A DNA stretch of 64,000 bases from Raillietiella orientalis (taxonomy: Eukaryota). The stretch covers positions 62,001 through 126,000 of the forward strand of contig JAYWIR010000084.1 in the NCBI GenBank assembly GCA_036172245.1. Reading direction: 5' to 3'. Both the position numbers and the translations under genes were made by a program. Positions 26,278-40,200 of this stretch are shown piece by piece. Within the stretch, counting starts at the first letter, position 1. Each line of letters begins with the position of its first letter. A model generated the notes under the pieces. The model saw nothing but the letters and a program-made list of their open reading frames with translations, did not search any database and was not told where the DNA came from.

Positions 26278-27461
26278 TCAAACGCCTTGCGTCCTCCAAG
26301 GTGGACGTGTTTTCTCGATGCTACTCGTGCCAGGAAGTCTCCCCCAGTGCAAACGTCGTGTGGTTCGGTGGTAGATCAGGCAGCGATGCCTGACGCGACC
26401 ACCAGGGATGGCCAGGGGGCAGCGGCAACGCCGCGCCCAGAGACGACGAAGAGCCAGGGGGCGGCGGCAACGTCGCACCCAGAAGCGATGGAGGTGGGGG
26501 CATCCGCCACTACAGAATCGGTTTCCGCTGCAGCGCGGGCGTAGAGCGCCGTTGTGTCGGCGCCATCGCCTGCAGCCGCGGCAGAATTGTCGGCCTATGT
26601 AGAGGAGGGGTACAACACCTCATTGTTCTACAAGGTAGGCAATCTATATTCTTTAGAGAGCGCGCGCGCCTTCTCGAAGGGCATGGGCGCTCTCGATGTG
26701 AAAGAGGAGGAGCTCAGCGCTATGACCTTCCGCAGCGGGGGTCAGTACGTGGAGGTGATCTGCAAACAAGCAGAGCTGGCCCAACGACTGCTTAAAACCC
26801 CCGTGGTGATGGGGACGCGCAGGCTCCTCGCTATTACGGTGGACCGCAGCATGGTGGTCCACCTGTTAGGTGTTACCGCGCGGATGCGCAAGGAACAGGT
26901 TCGCGCCGCGTTGGAAGAATACGGAACGGTGCACGCGCAGTGGACGAAAGTTAGTCCTTTCGAGGACTAAACGGGCTGCAACACGGCCTCACGGCTGTAC
27001 TCTTCCCCACAAACTGGTGGTCGAAGGCGAAACCGTCGACCTCTGGTATGTGGGGAAGCCGAAATACTGTGGCTTCTGCTATACGTGGGGCCACCTCAAA
27101 AAGAAGTGTTTCAATGTGCAGTGCTCAGTATGCGGAACCATGGGACACACGAGGGAGGTGTGCTTTAAACCAGCAGTGCAAGTAATTTCCAGGAGAAACC
27201 TTAAAAAACGTTCCCGGCTTCTGCAGAAAAGGCTGGCGGCGAAAATGCTGCGAAGGCTGTGCCACCCGAGCCCAAGGCCCAGGCCGCACACGAGACCCCG
27301 GCGAACAACGCCGAACAAGTCGAGGGAACTAACCAGGAGCCTGAGTGGCAGGTGAAAACGGCCAACGAATCAATAAAGGAGAGGAGGATGGAGAAAAAGC
27401 TCGCGTACCGCCAGAAAAAAGAGCAGGCAAGCGAGCAAATTAAAGAATGCAGCGTTGTAGT

Positions 27462-30400
27462 TTATTACCCGGTTGCGCCGGAACGTTTATTATAATATCA
27501 ACTGAGAACTGTGTTCCCAGGCAGGAGGAACAGAAAATGGGGAGTAGATTTCCCGGAACGCAATCCGGGCACACTCAGAGTTCGGAACGGGAGGGGGTGG
27601 GACAATAAATAAATAAACTGGGTGGGAGGGCGGGGACGGGGGTATACAGTCTAACCGTTCCTATTCTCAGAACCGGCGGTGAATGCCACCGATCTCCGTC
27701 CTCACTTCTGCTCCAAGATGTGGCCACCCGGCAGCCATTTGCAAATTGCAGACCGCGGTGTCGGGGATGGATGTTGGGACTGCTCGCATCTATAATACGT
27801 GGCGGGCCCTTACAATGGCGCGGACGCAGCAGATGATTGCGACGACCGCTCCAAGAGATAGACCGCCACGCGTGTAGAAGCGGCGCATCCAATGCAGTGC
27901 GGTGTGTCCAGGGTGCAGGAGCGCTGAAGACAGCCGCCGCCACAGCTCCTGGAGGGCACCGCACTCAAAGAGCAGATGCGGAAGCGATTCCACCGCTCCG
28001 CATGTTGCACAGTTCGGGGACGCAACTACCCTGGAAACAAGGTGCGCGCGCTGGTTGTAGTACAAAGCCCAATGCACCAGCAGAAAAGCATGCTGTTTCC
28101 AACGGAGGGAGAAGACACTCTCGTCCAAGCACGCAGAAGGGACCACAAGTTCTTCGGCGGGCACCCCGAGGAGCACGCTCCACTGGAGAAGTCCCGTGGC
28201 ACGGAGGCGAGGTGTGGTGGCGTCTGCCACTTCGCAAGTCCTCCAGCCGCCCAGCTGTTGAGTATCGCTTGCTATTTCGCAAGCGACCTCCCACCTCGCC
28301 GGTAGGTCATTGTCGTCTCGAACCATCAGATAAGACAGTGCTTCGGCGAGGGGCGTAGCGGCTAGGCGTGTCCACTGGACCTGGTCTTCCGGCACCTCAC
28401 CCACTGTACAGTATGGGGAAAGTTTCACGCAGCGGAGTTCCAAACGGGACACATCCTGTTGCGCTGCCCAGGACGATAAAGCTTCCTGCCTCCAGGCGTT
28501 GAAGTTCGTCGGCCGTCAGGAGATCCACTCATGCTTTCCAGAAGCGTGGCGAGCTGCTTCAAAGGGAAGCCGAATCCTCTCTGGGCGCGCTCCGTGCGCA
28601 GATGCAACGAACGTAGTCCGTCGCCACCCGTGCTGCGCCGCAGCAGCAGCCGCGCTGGAGCACACCAGGGAGTAGTCCAGAGCTGCGCACAAAGTGCCAG
28701 CATGCGGAACTGCACTAGCAGTCCGATCCGCTCCAGCGTCAGGATGTCCAATCCTGCATCCCGCCGAGGAGGTTTAATTCCTTCAGGAGTATCCTGGACC
28801 TCGCCGGTCCCCACAGGGCGTTACGCAACAGGCGTTGCGCCCAGCGCTTAGCCGAGTAGGGAGGGGGACAAACAAAAAAGAGGGGACGGAGGAGGGGTGG
28901 ACATGGTCAGGAGCAGGAGAATGTCGTCAGCATAGGCGGCCACGGCCGGTGTTCCCGGGCAGGAGCTCGGCAGGTTGGCCAGAGTCAGCCTGTACGCCCT
29001 TAGCACCAACTCAAAGAATATGCTGAAGAGCAGGGGGCTTAAGCTGTCTCCCTGTATGATGCCACGCCGTATGGAAATGCCGTACACGTGGCGGCCGCTG
29101 AAAGAGATACAGGATAACGCGTGGCGCCAGCAGAAGCGCAAGTAGGCGATAAGGTGCGTCGGGAGGCCTAGGCGTCCCAGAAGCTCCAGAAGGAGGTTTT
29201 GGTTTACGCTGTGGAACTCTTTTCAGAGATCAACGGCGACCGCTAAGGCCCCCGGCGTTCCATCGTGCCTTGAACACCGCCGCTTACCTTTGGAAGCGGC
29301 GATTTAGGCTGCCTGGCTCTGCTGCTCCACGCGCTGCTTGAACTCGAACAATGTTCGCGCGAAGAAGAGATTCGCGTGCATGGACCGCCCCGGAACAGCA
29401 TACGTGTGTTCCGGACTTACCAAGGACTCCGCGATTCTCCTCAGCCGCGAGACCCACAGCTTCGAGAACAACTTGACGTCCGAATTCACCAAGGTGAACG
29501 GACGCCGGCTGCTGAGGTGGCGCAAATCACCGCCTTTCGGCAGGAGCCGCACCTTTGCTGAGCGGAAAGAAGCGGGAACACCTCCCGTCTCACGCATCAG
29601 CGAGGAAAGGCTTAGCACCAGGGGGACGAGCTCCGCCGCGAAGCACTGAAAGAACTCCGCGGGCAGGCCATCCTCCCCAGGCGCCTTACGCTTCTTCAGG
29701 CCCGCTATGGCAAAAGATACTTCTTCCGCCGTGAAGGGCCAATTCAATCTGGCGCGTTCCTCCTCTTTGATAGCAGAGTTGCCCGTCGGAAGAAGCAGCT
29801 CGGAGAGACTGCGTTCCGTGGGCTCCTCCGCGTAAAACGAGGAGTAGTAGCGCTTGACTACGCGGTGTACTTTGGCTGCAGCCGAGCATTCCTGGCCAGC
29901 GTCATCGAGCAGACAAGCCGCTCCAGACTGCCAAACCTGGCGCTCGGCCCTGGCCTTATACTCCTCCAGACGCCGGACGTCCGGGCATCGTGAAAAGGTA
30001 CGCGCCTGCAGATAGGATCTGCTGTTCGCGACACCCTCCCCGAAGCCGCGGGGAAGCAGGTGCAAGAAGAACCGGCAGCAGAACTCGCGGACCGATCTTT
30101 TCAGATCGTCCCAGTCCTCGAGTTCACAGATGGCGAAGCCCCGGAGGTGTTGGCGGAGATGCTCCGCCGCCTCCGAATTGCTAAGCCAGTCGGCCGGCAA
30201 CCTCCAGACATTCATTAAAGGCCCTTTGCCTGGCAAGTAGAGCTCGAACTCCAGTCTAGGATGATCCGAAATCGCGGACAGCAGGCGCCCTCTCCGACCT
30301 ACTCGTGAGAGCAGGTGTTCATCGAGAAACGCATGGTCCGGCGATCTCTCCATCCCGGGCTCACCAGCAAGCAAGTTTTGCACGCGCACGGACGCGCATA

Positions 30401-32915
30401 CCTCGCTCACCAGTTGCTCCTCCCTCAAGCAGCATCTCTCCTCTGTTAGCAGGTGGACGTTGAAGTCTCCTGCAAGGAGGTGCGCCACGTAAGGGCCGGA
30501 GTCAGCGAGCCAGCGGCTGCGCAGGCCACCCAGGAATGCAAGTCGCTGGGCGTAATGCCGGCCGCCGCTCGGCGCGTAGATGTTCGTAACGACCAGGTCG
30601 ATCGATTCGGACCACTTGAGGACAAGTTGGCCCACACGACCTTCCTCGTCGAAACAAACGTTGCGGTCCGCCTCCGCCACCCTGCCTCGGACGAGGAACG
30701 CGACTCCGCACGTGTGCGCGGAGCCTTGCCGCCAGTGAAGCGTCCCGCCCGCGCGCTCTTTCAGATCCGATGCCTGCCGTACGGAGATGCTATGTATCTC
30801 CTGCAGCAGCACCAGATCGAACGCGCGCAAAGCGTTGGCTACCGTCAGCATTTTGTCAGCATCACGTAGCCCGTTGACATTCCAACAGGCCACGCTGACG
30901 CGACGAGCGGACGCGAGTCCACGCATCACTGCTGCGGACATGACGGCGTGCTCCTCGCTCTTCCGGCGAGAAGTCAGCTGGTAGGAGAGCGGATTGGGAA
31001 GCGGAATCGCTCCCGTTCGCCGCCACATCGCGCCCAGCTGAGTCCTGGGAGCCGAGGATCATCGCCTCGGTCTCCGTGCAGGAGCCGGAACCTACTCCGG
31101 CAACAGGCTCGTGCTTTCGCACTTTAGCCCGGCGCGCTACCGGCTTACCCCGGGATGCGCGCTCCATTTGTTTGCACTCGGACTCCACCTCGGAGTCCGA
31201 GTGCCTGGCGCGAGACTGGCGTTTTGCCAGTCTCTTTTTGTTTCGGCAGCTGGAGGCTTGCCCTGCCCGCGCGGGTGTCGTCGCAGTCGCCAACGCAGCT
31301 TCCGGAGCTTTGGCTTTCGCAGCCGCCCTCTCGCGCGAAACGACGGAGGCAGAGCACGCAGCCGTAGTGCGTACCTGGGTACGCACCTTCTTCGGCGTGC
31401 TTCTCTTTTGCCTCCCACCTAGCTTAAGGATGGGGAATATTGAAGGGTCAACCTTCTTCTTCCCCTTTGTGGGTGTCCTAGAGACTCGAGTCATCCCGCG
31501 TCGGGGACGCCCTCCTGGGAGGCCGACGCCTCCCTCAATTGTTTGGCCGGAGATGCCGGCTCACGTTTCGCGCTCGCGGCGGGAGACGGCTCCGTCCCCG
31601 TTACGCACTGCACCTGCTCCTTAGCGGATGCGGGCGAAACGGCGGTCATTGCCGTCGTCCCGCGAGGCGCTATTGCAGTCTTCGCTGCTCGTGCCTTCGG
31701 CGTGGAAGACGTGATCTCCACCGCCGTAGGAGGAGACTGCCGTTCAGAGGCAGCTCCGAGGGTACTCGCGCACGGTTTCCCGTGTGCTCCGCTGGACGCG
31801 CAAGCGGACGCGGACAGTTCAGCAGCCTTGATTGAGTGCGTTCTCGCACTCTTAGGCTGCTTCGAAGGGGGCGATTTGCCCCCAGGGCGACGTGGCATCT
31901 TTCCCGTCTGCGCGGTTGTCTGGGATGGTGGCTTTCCTGAAGCAACCGCGCCCTTTTTCGCGGGACCGCCACTTGAAGATGCCCCGCCCTTCGCGCCTGA
32001 TTTCTCCCGTGGCACAACGAAGGATCTTTTCGGCGCGGACGGGGTTGATTGTTGGCGGCTTTTCGCCTGCCTCTTTCTCTTCAGCTCGGCGCATTCTTTG
32101 ATGGAGTGGCCGAGCTGTTTACAATAGCGGCAGTTGCGTGAAGGGCACGTCCACGGACAGTGGCCCTCGGCACCGAAAATGCCGCAAGCCGGTCGCTGAC
32201 CGGCAAATTTAAGGTGGACGATCGCATCGCCCACCTGCAAGTGCGGAGGCATTTGCCTCCTATCCGCCATGGTGACACGCGCCATGGCAAGTCCGCTGTG
32301 GAGAGATGCAATCCTTTTGATCGGATTTTCTGCTCACCACAGCGCGTGCACCGTGGCGAATGCACTTAGTGCAGCGACGAGCACGCGATCCGGCGTGTCC
32401 ACCTGGACGGCGGATAAATGGACCACGAACGACTGGTCCAGGGCCGACGGGCCGACCTCCTTCCCGCGGATATTTAGCGGGGTGCGGAGAAGGCGCTAGA
32501 CTAGGGATGCCTCTTTGCTGTGCACCTCCCAGTGTCCGAGCGCGTTAACCGGCATGACGGCCAGGAGGTCGTCCTGTCGGACCCCGACGCGCAAAAGCTC
32601 GTCCCACAAATTTTCTCCGACCCCCTCGGAGATAGGAGCACTCACCGGATAGCAAAGCGCAGGCTTGTAGCCATGGGCTGCATATGCCTGCAGCTCTGCT
32701 TCGTCGGGCGGTGCTCCGTTGGCTGCCGCGGCCTTGAAGAATCAGAGGCGGACCGGACATCTGGAGTAGAGTCCCCGCTGCCAGTAGCAGCCTCCACATC
32801 CATCTTTTGCTGCAGGGGCACCGTGGACATCCCAGTGGACGCACTCGGGCACACCACACACAAGAAGATGGAAAGGAATCACGCTCGAGGAGAGACACAG
32901 AACACGTCAGTGCAC
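27462..32915 (-). mobile_element. Near full-length L1/Tx1-like element 'Q' nested antisense in ORF1 of 'P'
   Basis: 5' TGACGTGTTC, ORF1 with knuckle CRYCKQLGHSIKEC, ORF2 EN-RT-ZF and terminal motif at 27462-27491. TSD CGTTGTAGT (27453-27461) / CGTTGTCGT (32916-32924). The host reading CSVVV-ER is restored when Q is removed. Confidence 0.92.
29304..30926 (-). pseudogene. ORF2 of element Q: APE endonuclease plus RT N-terminus, premature stop
   Basis: Open frame with WNVNG, LQE, NIYAP, GDFN, SDH, KAPGEDGLPAEFF and RPFTLVNSDVKLFSK. Confidence 0.9.
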
Positions 32916-34674
32916 CGTTGTCGTCGAGCGTATTCCCGACCGTTGCGAAAAAGAACTCGCCGCTACCGACGACAACCCCTCTGTTGACTCTGTCAACAGC
33001 GAGGGGAGCGAGCCGGCGGCGGCGTCCGTCATCGACACCACCATCGATGACGTAGCCTTCGCGCGAGCCGCGGAGGAGCTGGCAGCCTCGTTGCAGCCAG
33101 AACCCTTCAAGGCTGGCAAGATTGCCGTAAGGCGAGGGGCCTCCCCTCAGGAGGCCCCCACTTCCGACCCCGAGGTGGAGGCTGGAAACGCAGCCTCCGT
33201 TTTCACGACACCGCGCAAGAAGGCTGGACGTAAGTCCACAAAGCCGAGGATGCTCGTCTCCCCCGTCGAGAGGGAAGAGATGGCTTCCGCAAGCGAGGGT
33301 GCCATGAGCGTGGGAAGCTCGCGGGACCCGTCGCACGACAGACTCCCACGCGCGGACACGGAGGGGATGGAGGGGGTTGAGACCAAACAGGTGCCTCACT
33401 TGCCTGAGAAGGCCGAAACCCCCATGGGCATCCCGCCCGCCTCGCAAGAGGCGATCTCCCCCACATTTTAATCTTCCCAGCAGTAATGCCGGGAATCTCC
33501 TCCCGCCGACGTCTGCGCATCGCCGTTTGGAACGTGAACGGCATGACAGACGCCGGCAGGAGACGAGACATGTCCGCCCTTCTGGAGTCCTTGCGCTCCT
33601 GCACGAGATCCACGTGATCTCTGCAGAAGAAGCGCAAGAGATCGAACGGATCTCCGGAGTGCGGCTATGGTACAGATGTGGGAGAGCTAAAACTTGCGCT
33701 GTCGCCTACCTGCTTCGGCCAGTCGTCGAGGCCGCGGCTCGAGGCGTGCGGTTCAACGATCACGGTCGTGTCGGCCAGCTGACTCTCAGTTGTTCCGACT
33801 CGATCGTTCTGATCGTCAAGAACGTGTACGCACCGAGCGGCGCGGACCTGATGACCAGGAGGGCGAGGAAAGAGTTTTTCCTTGCCCTCCGCCGAGACTG
33901 GCTGACCAAAGCAGGCATGCGGAATGCCCATCTGGTTGCAGGCGATTTCAACGTTCGCCTGAAACCAGATGGGCAGAATCCCGAGCGTGACCTGGTGAAC
34001 GAGGTGTGCATGCCGGTGCACACCCGTAATTTGTTGGCCAGTGCACCGGGGATGGAAGACAGCATTGACCTCGTGTTTCTTGACGAGCACCTGTGCCCTC
34101 GCTTGGGCTGGCGCGGCAAGTAACTGTGCGAGCTGTCCGACCATCGGCCGCTAGTCCTCGAGATCCATCCGCGCGACAGGGGCCCCCCCTCGTCAGCGTG
34201 GCGTCTCCCAGGGGACTGGCTGAAGCTCCCAGACGCGGAGGAACATCTCCGCACGTTCATACGAAGCTCCAGGCTGTGGACACTCCAGGATTGGGACCGC
34301 TTCAAGCGGTCGGTCCAGTAGTTCTGCGACCAGTTCCCTCTGCACCGCCTACCTACGAGTTTTGGGACCGAAATCCGTAACGAACGAGCCTACCTGCAGG
34401 CCCGACGTTACGCCAGGACCCTTGAATCCCGCAAGCTGGCGGAATACAGAGCGGGATCCGAGAGCCAAGCCTGGCAGTCCGGATCGGCCTGCTTGTTAAA
34501 CGATCAGGGCCAGGAGCACTCGGCATCCGCCCAAGTCCGCGGACTGCTGCGGAGTTACTACTCCTCCCGGTATGTTAGGGCAACTCCGGAGAGAAACGTC
34601 ACACGACTCCTGCTTCCGGAAGGCGCCCCAGCGATCGGGGAGAAGCAGAGATAGACCCTCGACGATTTCTCACG

Positions 34675-36903
34675 ATGGACGAGATGCTCTCGGCCATCGG
34701 AAAGCTCAAGAGGCGAAAGGCTCCAAGGGAGGACGGCCTGCCCGTGGAGTTTTACCAAACTTTCGCGGCTGAGCTTACCCCCCTGGTACAGCAACTCAAC
34801 TTGCTGATACGCAAGACAGGTGACGTTCCCGCCTCGTTTTGTTCGGCAAAGGTGCAACTCCTCCCTAAGAGAGGAGATCTGAGAAGCATGAACTACTGGC
34901 GTCCCATCACATTAGTAAATGCGGACGCCAAGTTGCTGGCTAAGGTTTGGGCAGAGCGTCTGGGACGGGTTGCCAACATCTTCATCAGCCCGGAACAGAC
35001 ATATGCTGTTCCCGGGCGAAGCATGGAGGCGAAACTGTTCCACGCTTCAACCTGGCTAGAGCTCCAAGAGAGGAGCTTGGTGCGCAGCCGGAATTCCGGT
35101 GCGTGTGCCGGCAAGGGGTTCGATGGTCGGGTGGGGGAGGGAGCCCTTGCGGTCGCAATCGACTTGCGGAAAGCATTCGATTGCGTCGACCAGAATCTCC
35201 TCCTGGATCTTCTGGAACGCTTCGGCTTCCCGGCCTCATTAGTAGCCTATCTGCTCTCCTGCTGGCGCGACGCGCTTATCAACGTTACTTTCAGCGGGCA
35301 GACCGTGCACGGGGTGCCGGTGCGGCGTGGGATCCGGCAGGGAGACAGCCAGGGCCCCTTGCTCTTCAGTACCTACTTTGACATGGTACTGAGAGCGTAC
35401 AGGGGAACTCTGGCGTACCTGCCGCACGACTGTGCCGGTACGCCGGTCGTTTCAGCGTACTTTGACGACCTTCTTCTGCTGCTTCCTATGTCCACTTCGG
35501 CTTCGGCGGTCGAGGAGTTCATCGACCTGTTGCATCGGGGAACCGGACTTAAGGTGAACAGGGCGAAGTCGTTCGTGATGCCAGTTGGTGCGGCGTGGGC
35601 AGAACAGCAGGACTGGGTCCGTTTGGGGATATCCACGGTGAGGTACTTCAAGTACCTTGGTGTGCCGTCGGGGGACGTCTCCCCTGCGGAAGCGTGGTCC
35701 TGCTGCCTCCAAAAAGTAAAGACGGCGATCGGCCCATTCCGAGGCGGCAGGTTTTTCCTGCCTGAACGGTTTGCGGTTTGGAACACGTTTGCGGCTCCTC
35801 TTCTCCGCCCTCTGCTTTTTGTATGCCCTCTCACAGAGAGGATAAAAAAGCCGACGAAGAAACTCGTCCGTATCGCCCTTTGGAGCAACGGGAGGGCCCG
35901 CGTCCGCTTAAAGGACTTGTTTGCTTCTCGTCGGGACCGTGGTCTCGGCCTACTGACGTTGGAGCGGCTGGAGCTTCAGCTCCAGTCTCGGATGTTGGCC
36001 ATTGTGCCGGAGTTGTGGTGCACATGCTGGTGCGTCCCTGCACGTCTCCTCGTCAAGGAAGTCACCGGGGAAATAGGACTCACGTCCTTTCTTACACTCC
36101 ATCGCTCATGCATCAACCGATGTGGGCTACAGCTGCGGAGGTTGGCTGCCTTGGTTTGCAAAAATCAAGGATGGATCACCTGTCGCCCCGCAAACGTCAG
36201 TGCCTGGTTGCAGGGTACCGTTCGAACGTGGGGAGAGTTCGGCATGCAACGTTCGCAACTGGAAGGAAGGTTCCTGTTTGGGGGTTACAGAAGTTGCACG
36301 CTTCGTGAGATCCTGAAGGATCCGAAGAAGCGAGCGTGGTCAGGAAGAACCCCCCTCGCTGCTGCGCTGGACTCCTTAGTGGAACATCAGGACAGCGATG
36401 TTGCGGCGAAGTGGGAGGTTACAATAAAAATCTACTGGAAGGAGATGAAGCAGAGAGAGTGGAAGACGGGCCAGTTAACTGATGCTGCGACCCCGAGTTC
36501 GCCTCCCAATGGAATTCTGCGCTGGGGTGCGCTGCTCGATGTTCCGATTGAACATCTGAAGTGGCTCGCGGTTCTTATGAACACTTCGATCCTCCCCTTA
36601 AAATGGCAAGAGTCGGCTCTCCTGTTGCAGCACTGGGGACTCCCCTGCAACGTTCGTCGACACCACTGGACTTGTGGATCGGTGGACCCCAATTGTGTAA
36701 GGTGCGGGGAACGGGAGTCCCTCCCCCAACTTCTAGTGGATTGTGTTTCCCTTCGGCCCCTTTGGTTCCGCTTTGTCGCGGATATCGGTATACCTTGCGG
36801 CAACCTCAGGGAAGCTCTAAAAGCCTTCTTCGTTTCCAACGCCCTTCGGCCAGCGTCTTCGATAGCAGCCTTGTGCTGCCTTCGTGGGATCGTCGCCGCA
36901 TGA
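34675..36903 (+). pseudogene. ORF2 of element P: RT and zinc finger (742 aa open stretch)
   Basis: KAPREDG, WRPITLVNADAK, DLRKAFD, GIRQGD, YFDD, KYLGV, CVRCGERESLPQLLVDC. The upstream endonuclease part is frameshifted. Confidence 0.92.
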
Positions 36904-37273
36904 AGCACGGCGACGGGAGGACCCAGCGATCAGGACGCCATCCAGTGCGCCTCCCAATTCCTGAGGAGGGCGTCGCGATGGCTTCACCTGGATGTTCTCA
37001 ACAAACAAGAGCTTTCCTGCATCCTGAGAGAGATGATGCGGCCTCAGCAGCATCAGTGATCCCTTCATGTTCCCTTCCATCCTTTGTTTCTTTTTGTTTA
37101 GTTTTTCGTTTTCCTCTTTCCCCCTGCTGCCGTGATGGACCGTACCGGTCTGCAAACTGGTGACCCGGCAGGCTCTGTGTTTATTCGTGCGTGCATGCAG
37201 CAATGGTCCAGCCACTGCACGTCTTTGAAATGTTTATTTTGTAATAAACGTCCCGGCGAAATCCGGGTGAAAA

Positions 37274-40200
37274 TCGAATGCTTTATGGAAATCCAATGCT
37301 ACTGATAAGGCTCCCGTCCTTGCTTCCGTCCGTCCGCACTGGCGCTCGCAGTCGGCAGAAGGTCTTGCCGCTGTTCGGCTATCCGCCGCAACGCGCTTTT
37401 GCAGATGCCACCAGGTGCGCGCGAAAAGAAGGTTCGCATTCATGGATCTTCCCGATAAAGGGTAAGACTGCTCCGGGCTTACCACGGAATCCGCGACTTT
37501 CACTAGGTGCTTGACCCACAGCTTCGAAAACAACTTGACGTCCGTATTCACTAACGTGATCGGACGCCAGTTGTTGAGATGGCGCAGATCTCCTCCTTCC
37601 AGAAGGAGTCGCACCCTCGCTGAACGTAAGGTAGAAGGGACATCGCCGGTCACCCTCATCAGCGTAGAAAGTCTAATCACCAGTGGGGCGAGTTCCGCTG
37701 CGAAGCTCTGATAGTGCTTAGCGGGAAGCCCGTCCTCACCTGGAGTCTTCCGTTTCTTTAGTCCTGCGATGGCGGAAGAAACTTCCTCCAACGAGAAGGA
37801 CTCGTCGAGACGTGCGCGTTCCTGCTTGCCGATGCCGAGTGCACCCTGCGGCAAAAGCAGTTCCGAGAAAATTCTCTCCTTGGGGGATTTAGCGTAGAGC
37901 AAGGAGAAGCGACGCCTTAGTGTTCGCCGTACTTCGGCAGGAGCCGTGCCTTGATTGTCGAGCAGAATAGCCGCTACAGACTGCCAGACCTGGCGCTTGG
38001 CCCTCGCCTTGTACTCTGTTGAGTGACGGATTTGCGCATGTCTAGAGAAAGTGAGCGCCTGCAGAAATTCTCTGCTATTGGCAACTCCTTGTGCAAAGCC
38101 GCGCGGCAGGAGGTGCAGGGGGAATCGGTCGCAAAACTCGCGAACCTATCTTTTAAGATGGACCCAGTCTACAAGCTGCCGGATGGCAAAGCCGCGAAGG
38201 AACTGGCTAAGATGCACCGCCGCTTCCGGATGACTGAGCCAATCCGCCGGCATCCTCCAAACTTTGTTCGGATGTCCTTCGCCCGGCGGGAGTAGCTCGA
38301 ACTCCAGCCTATCATGGCCCGATAACGTGGACGGCACCCTGCCGAATAAGAATAAGAATAAGTGTTCATTGAGGTAGACGTGATTCACGCACCTTTCCAT
38401 TCCAGGCTAGCCGGCTTCCAAGTTACGCGCGTTCACCGACGCGCATGCATCTTCCACCCGCAACCGTTCCGCCAGGGACCTCGTCACGTTGGAAAGCAGG
38501 GGGACCTTGAAGTCCCCTGCGACGAGATGTTACTCTGGCTCCGGGGTTCCTGAACCATTGGCTCTCCAGCACTTCGAAGAATTTGATTCTTTTGGCGCGC
38601 CGATAAAAGCCGCTCGGCGCGTAGACGTTCGTCAGGACGAGGTCGATTGAATCTGACCAGTTGACTACAAGTTGGCCTATTCTAACTTCCTGGTCGAATC
38701 GAAAGCTGCGCTCCGCTCTCGCCATCCTACTATTAACGAGAAACCCGACTCCGCACGATTGTGCAGAACCTTCTCGCCAGTACAGGGTGCCACCCGCGCG
38801 CTGTTCAATTTCGGTAACCTTCACGTCCGAGATGTAATACATCTCTTGAAGCATCGCCAGCTCGAAGTGTCGCAGGGTGTCTGACACGCCGCGTCTCTTT
38901 CCGTCCCTGCGCAGACCGTTGACGTTCCAACAGGCTACGCTGAACCGACGAAGAGAGGCGACTTCCTGCATTAAGGCTGGGAAGTTGAGCACAGGTTTCT
39001 CGCCTTGTCCGGCGAGTAGTCACGAGACAGAGCGGTCGATCTCGGAGACTGGACATCTCCATTCGAAGCCGCCCTGCTTGTTGCCGCTAGCTCAGAGGTG
39101 AGGCCCATTTCCTCCTCTTTTCTCTCCGGCAACTGTTCCTCTTTGAAAACCACGCGCTTGCAGGTCTTTGGGAGGCGATCGCGCGCTTTCAAGCGGGTTT
39201 CGCGCTGTGTGCTCATTCTGTCGGACTCTGGATCGGAATCCGACAGTCGGGCTCTTGCAAGGCGCTGCTTTTGTTCCTTGGAATTGGGGAAATCATTTTC
39301 TGCCTGTTTCTTAGAGCTTTCTGCTGCTGCGGCTGGGACTTTCGTCCTTTTAGCCGCAGCAGCAGCTTCTCGCTCCATTTGCGAGAGGACGACTGCACAG
39401 GAGGAAAGGATCGCAATCTTTTTTTTGGGATGGTTTCGCGGGTTACTTTCGCCCACTCACTTTCACACAGAGCTGCGAGGACCCTGACGGTTTCTTTTTA
39501 ATAACCTTTCTCACCTGCATCCAGCCGTCTTCTTTCGCGTCGTAGTTTTGTTTGTCCTCCTGAGATGGAGCTGCGTCCGCGGATGTAAGAACCGCTGCCT
39601 TGGCTGCCTCTTGAAGTGCAGCCTCCGCGCAGGCGTAAGCGGCTCCCTTAGCGATCTTGAAAGGCGCTGCCTCTTGCAGATCTGAGGATTCGCGCGTTGC
39701 CCTTGCGACCGCTGGGGGCGCTGCTGTAGCGGTTGTGCTCGCCTTAGGAGTTCTTCTTTGGCCGCAGCAGGCGCTGCGTCGGCGCGTGAGGGTTCTCAGT
39801 TTTCCGTCTGTTTCTTCGCGGCACTCGGCGCCTGGCACACCTTAGCCGCGGTAGGTTTAGCCGGCACGGAGTTGTTTGCCCGCGGGTGCGATTTTCCCGT
39901 ATCGGGCGAGCGGCCGCATTCCTCGCTACTTGCCGAGGCCTCGATAAGAGGTTTCGCGGTCGTAATGCCGACAATAGGAGGCTTCTTGCCCTTCGGCGCA
40001 CTCTCTCCTGCATTGAAAAATTCGCTGCGAGATCTCGGTGAGATCTCGCATTGCTAGCGAGCTTCCATCGGCTCGGTAGCCTGAGGCTTCTCCGCGATGC
40101 GTTTTTTCATGTTTTTCTCCCCTTTTTTGTGGAGGGGAGAAAGAGTTTTCTGCGCATGCGCGTTCACGGTTTTCGCAACGCTCTTCGGAGAGGTGAGGTT

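Larger units (their letters stand above)
26289..37273 (+). mobile_element. Full-length (about 5.5 kb) L1/Tx1-like element 'P', split by nested element 'Q'
   Basis: 5' motif at 26303. ORF1 runs 26386-27461 and resumes 32916-33486. ORF2 runs from 33486 to about 37059. Terminal motif at 37243-37273. Degenerate flanking TSD: TCAAACGCCTT (26278-26288) / TCGAATGCTTT (37274-37284). Confidence 0.88.

Noticed and set aside
37274..37284. GTTCGA-like target as a tRNA B-box or tRNA gene
   Set aside because: No cloverleaf or A-box nearby; the flanks are RT coding sequence.
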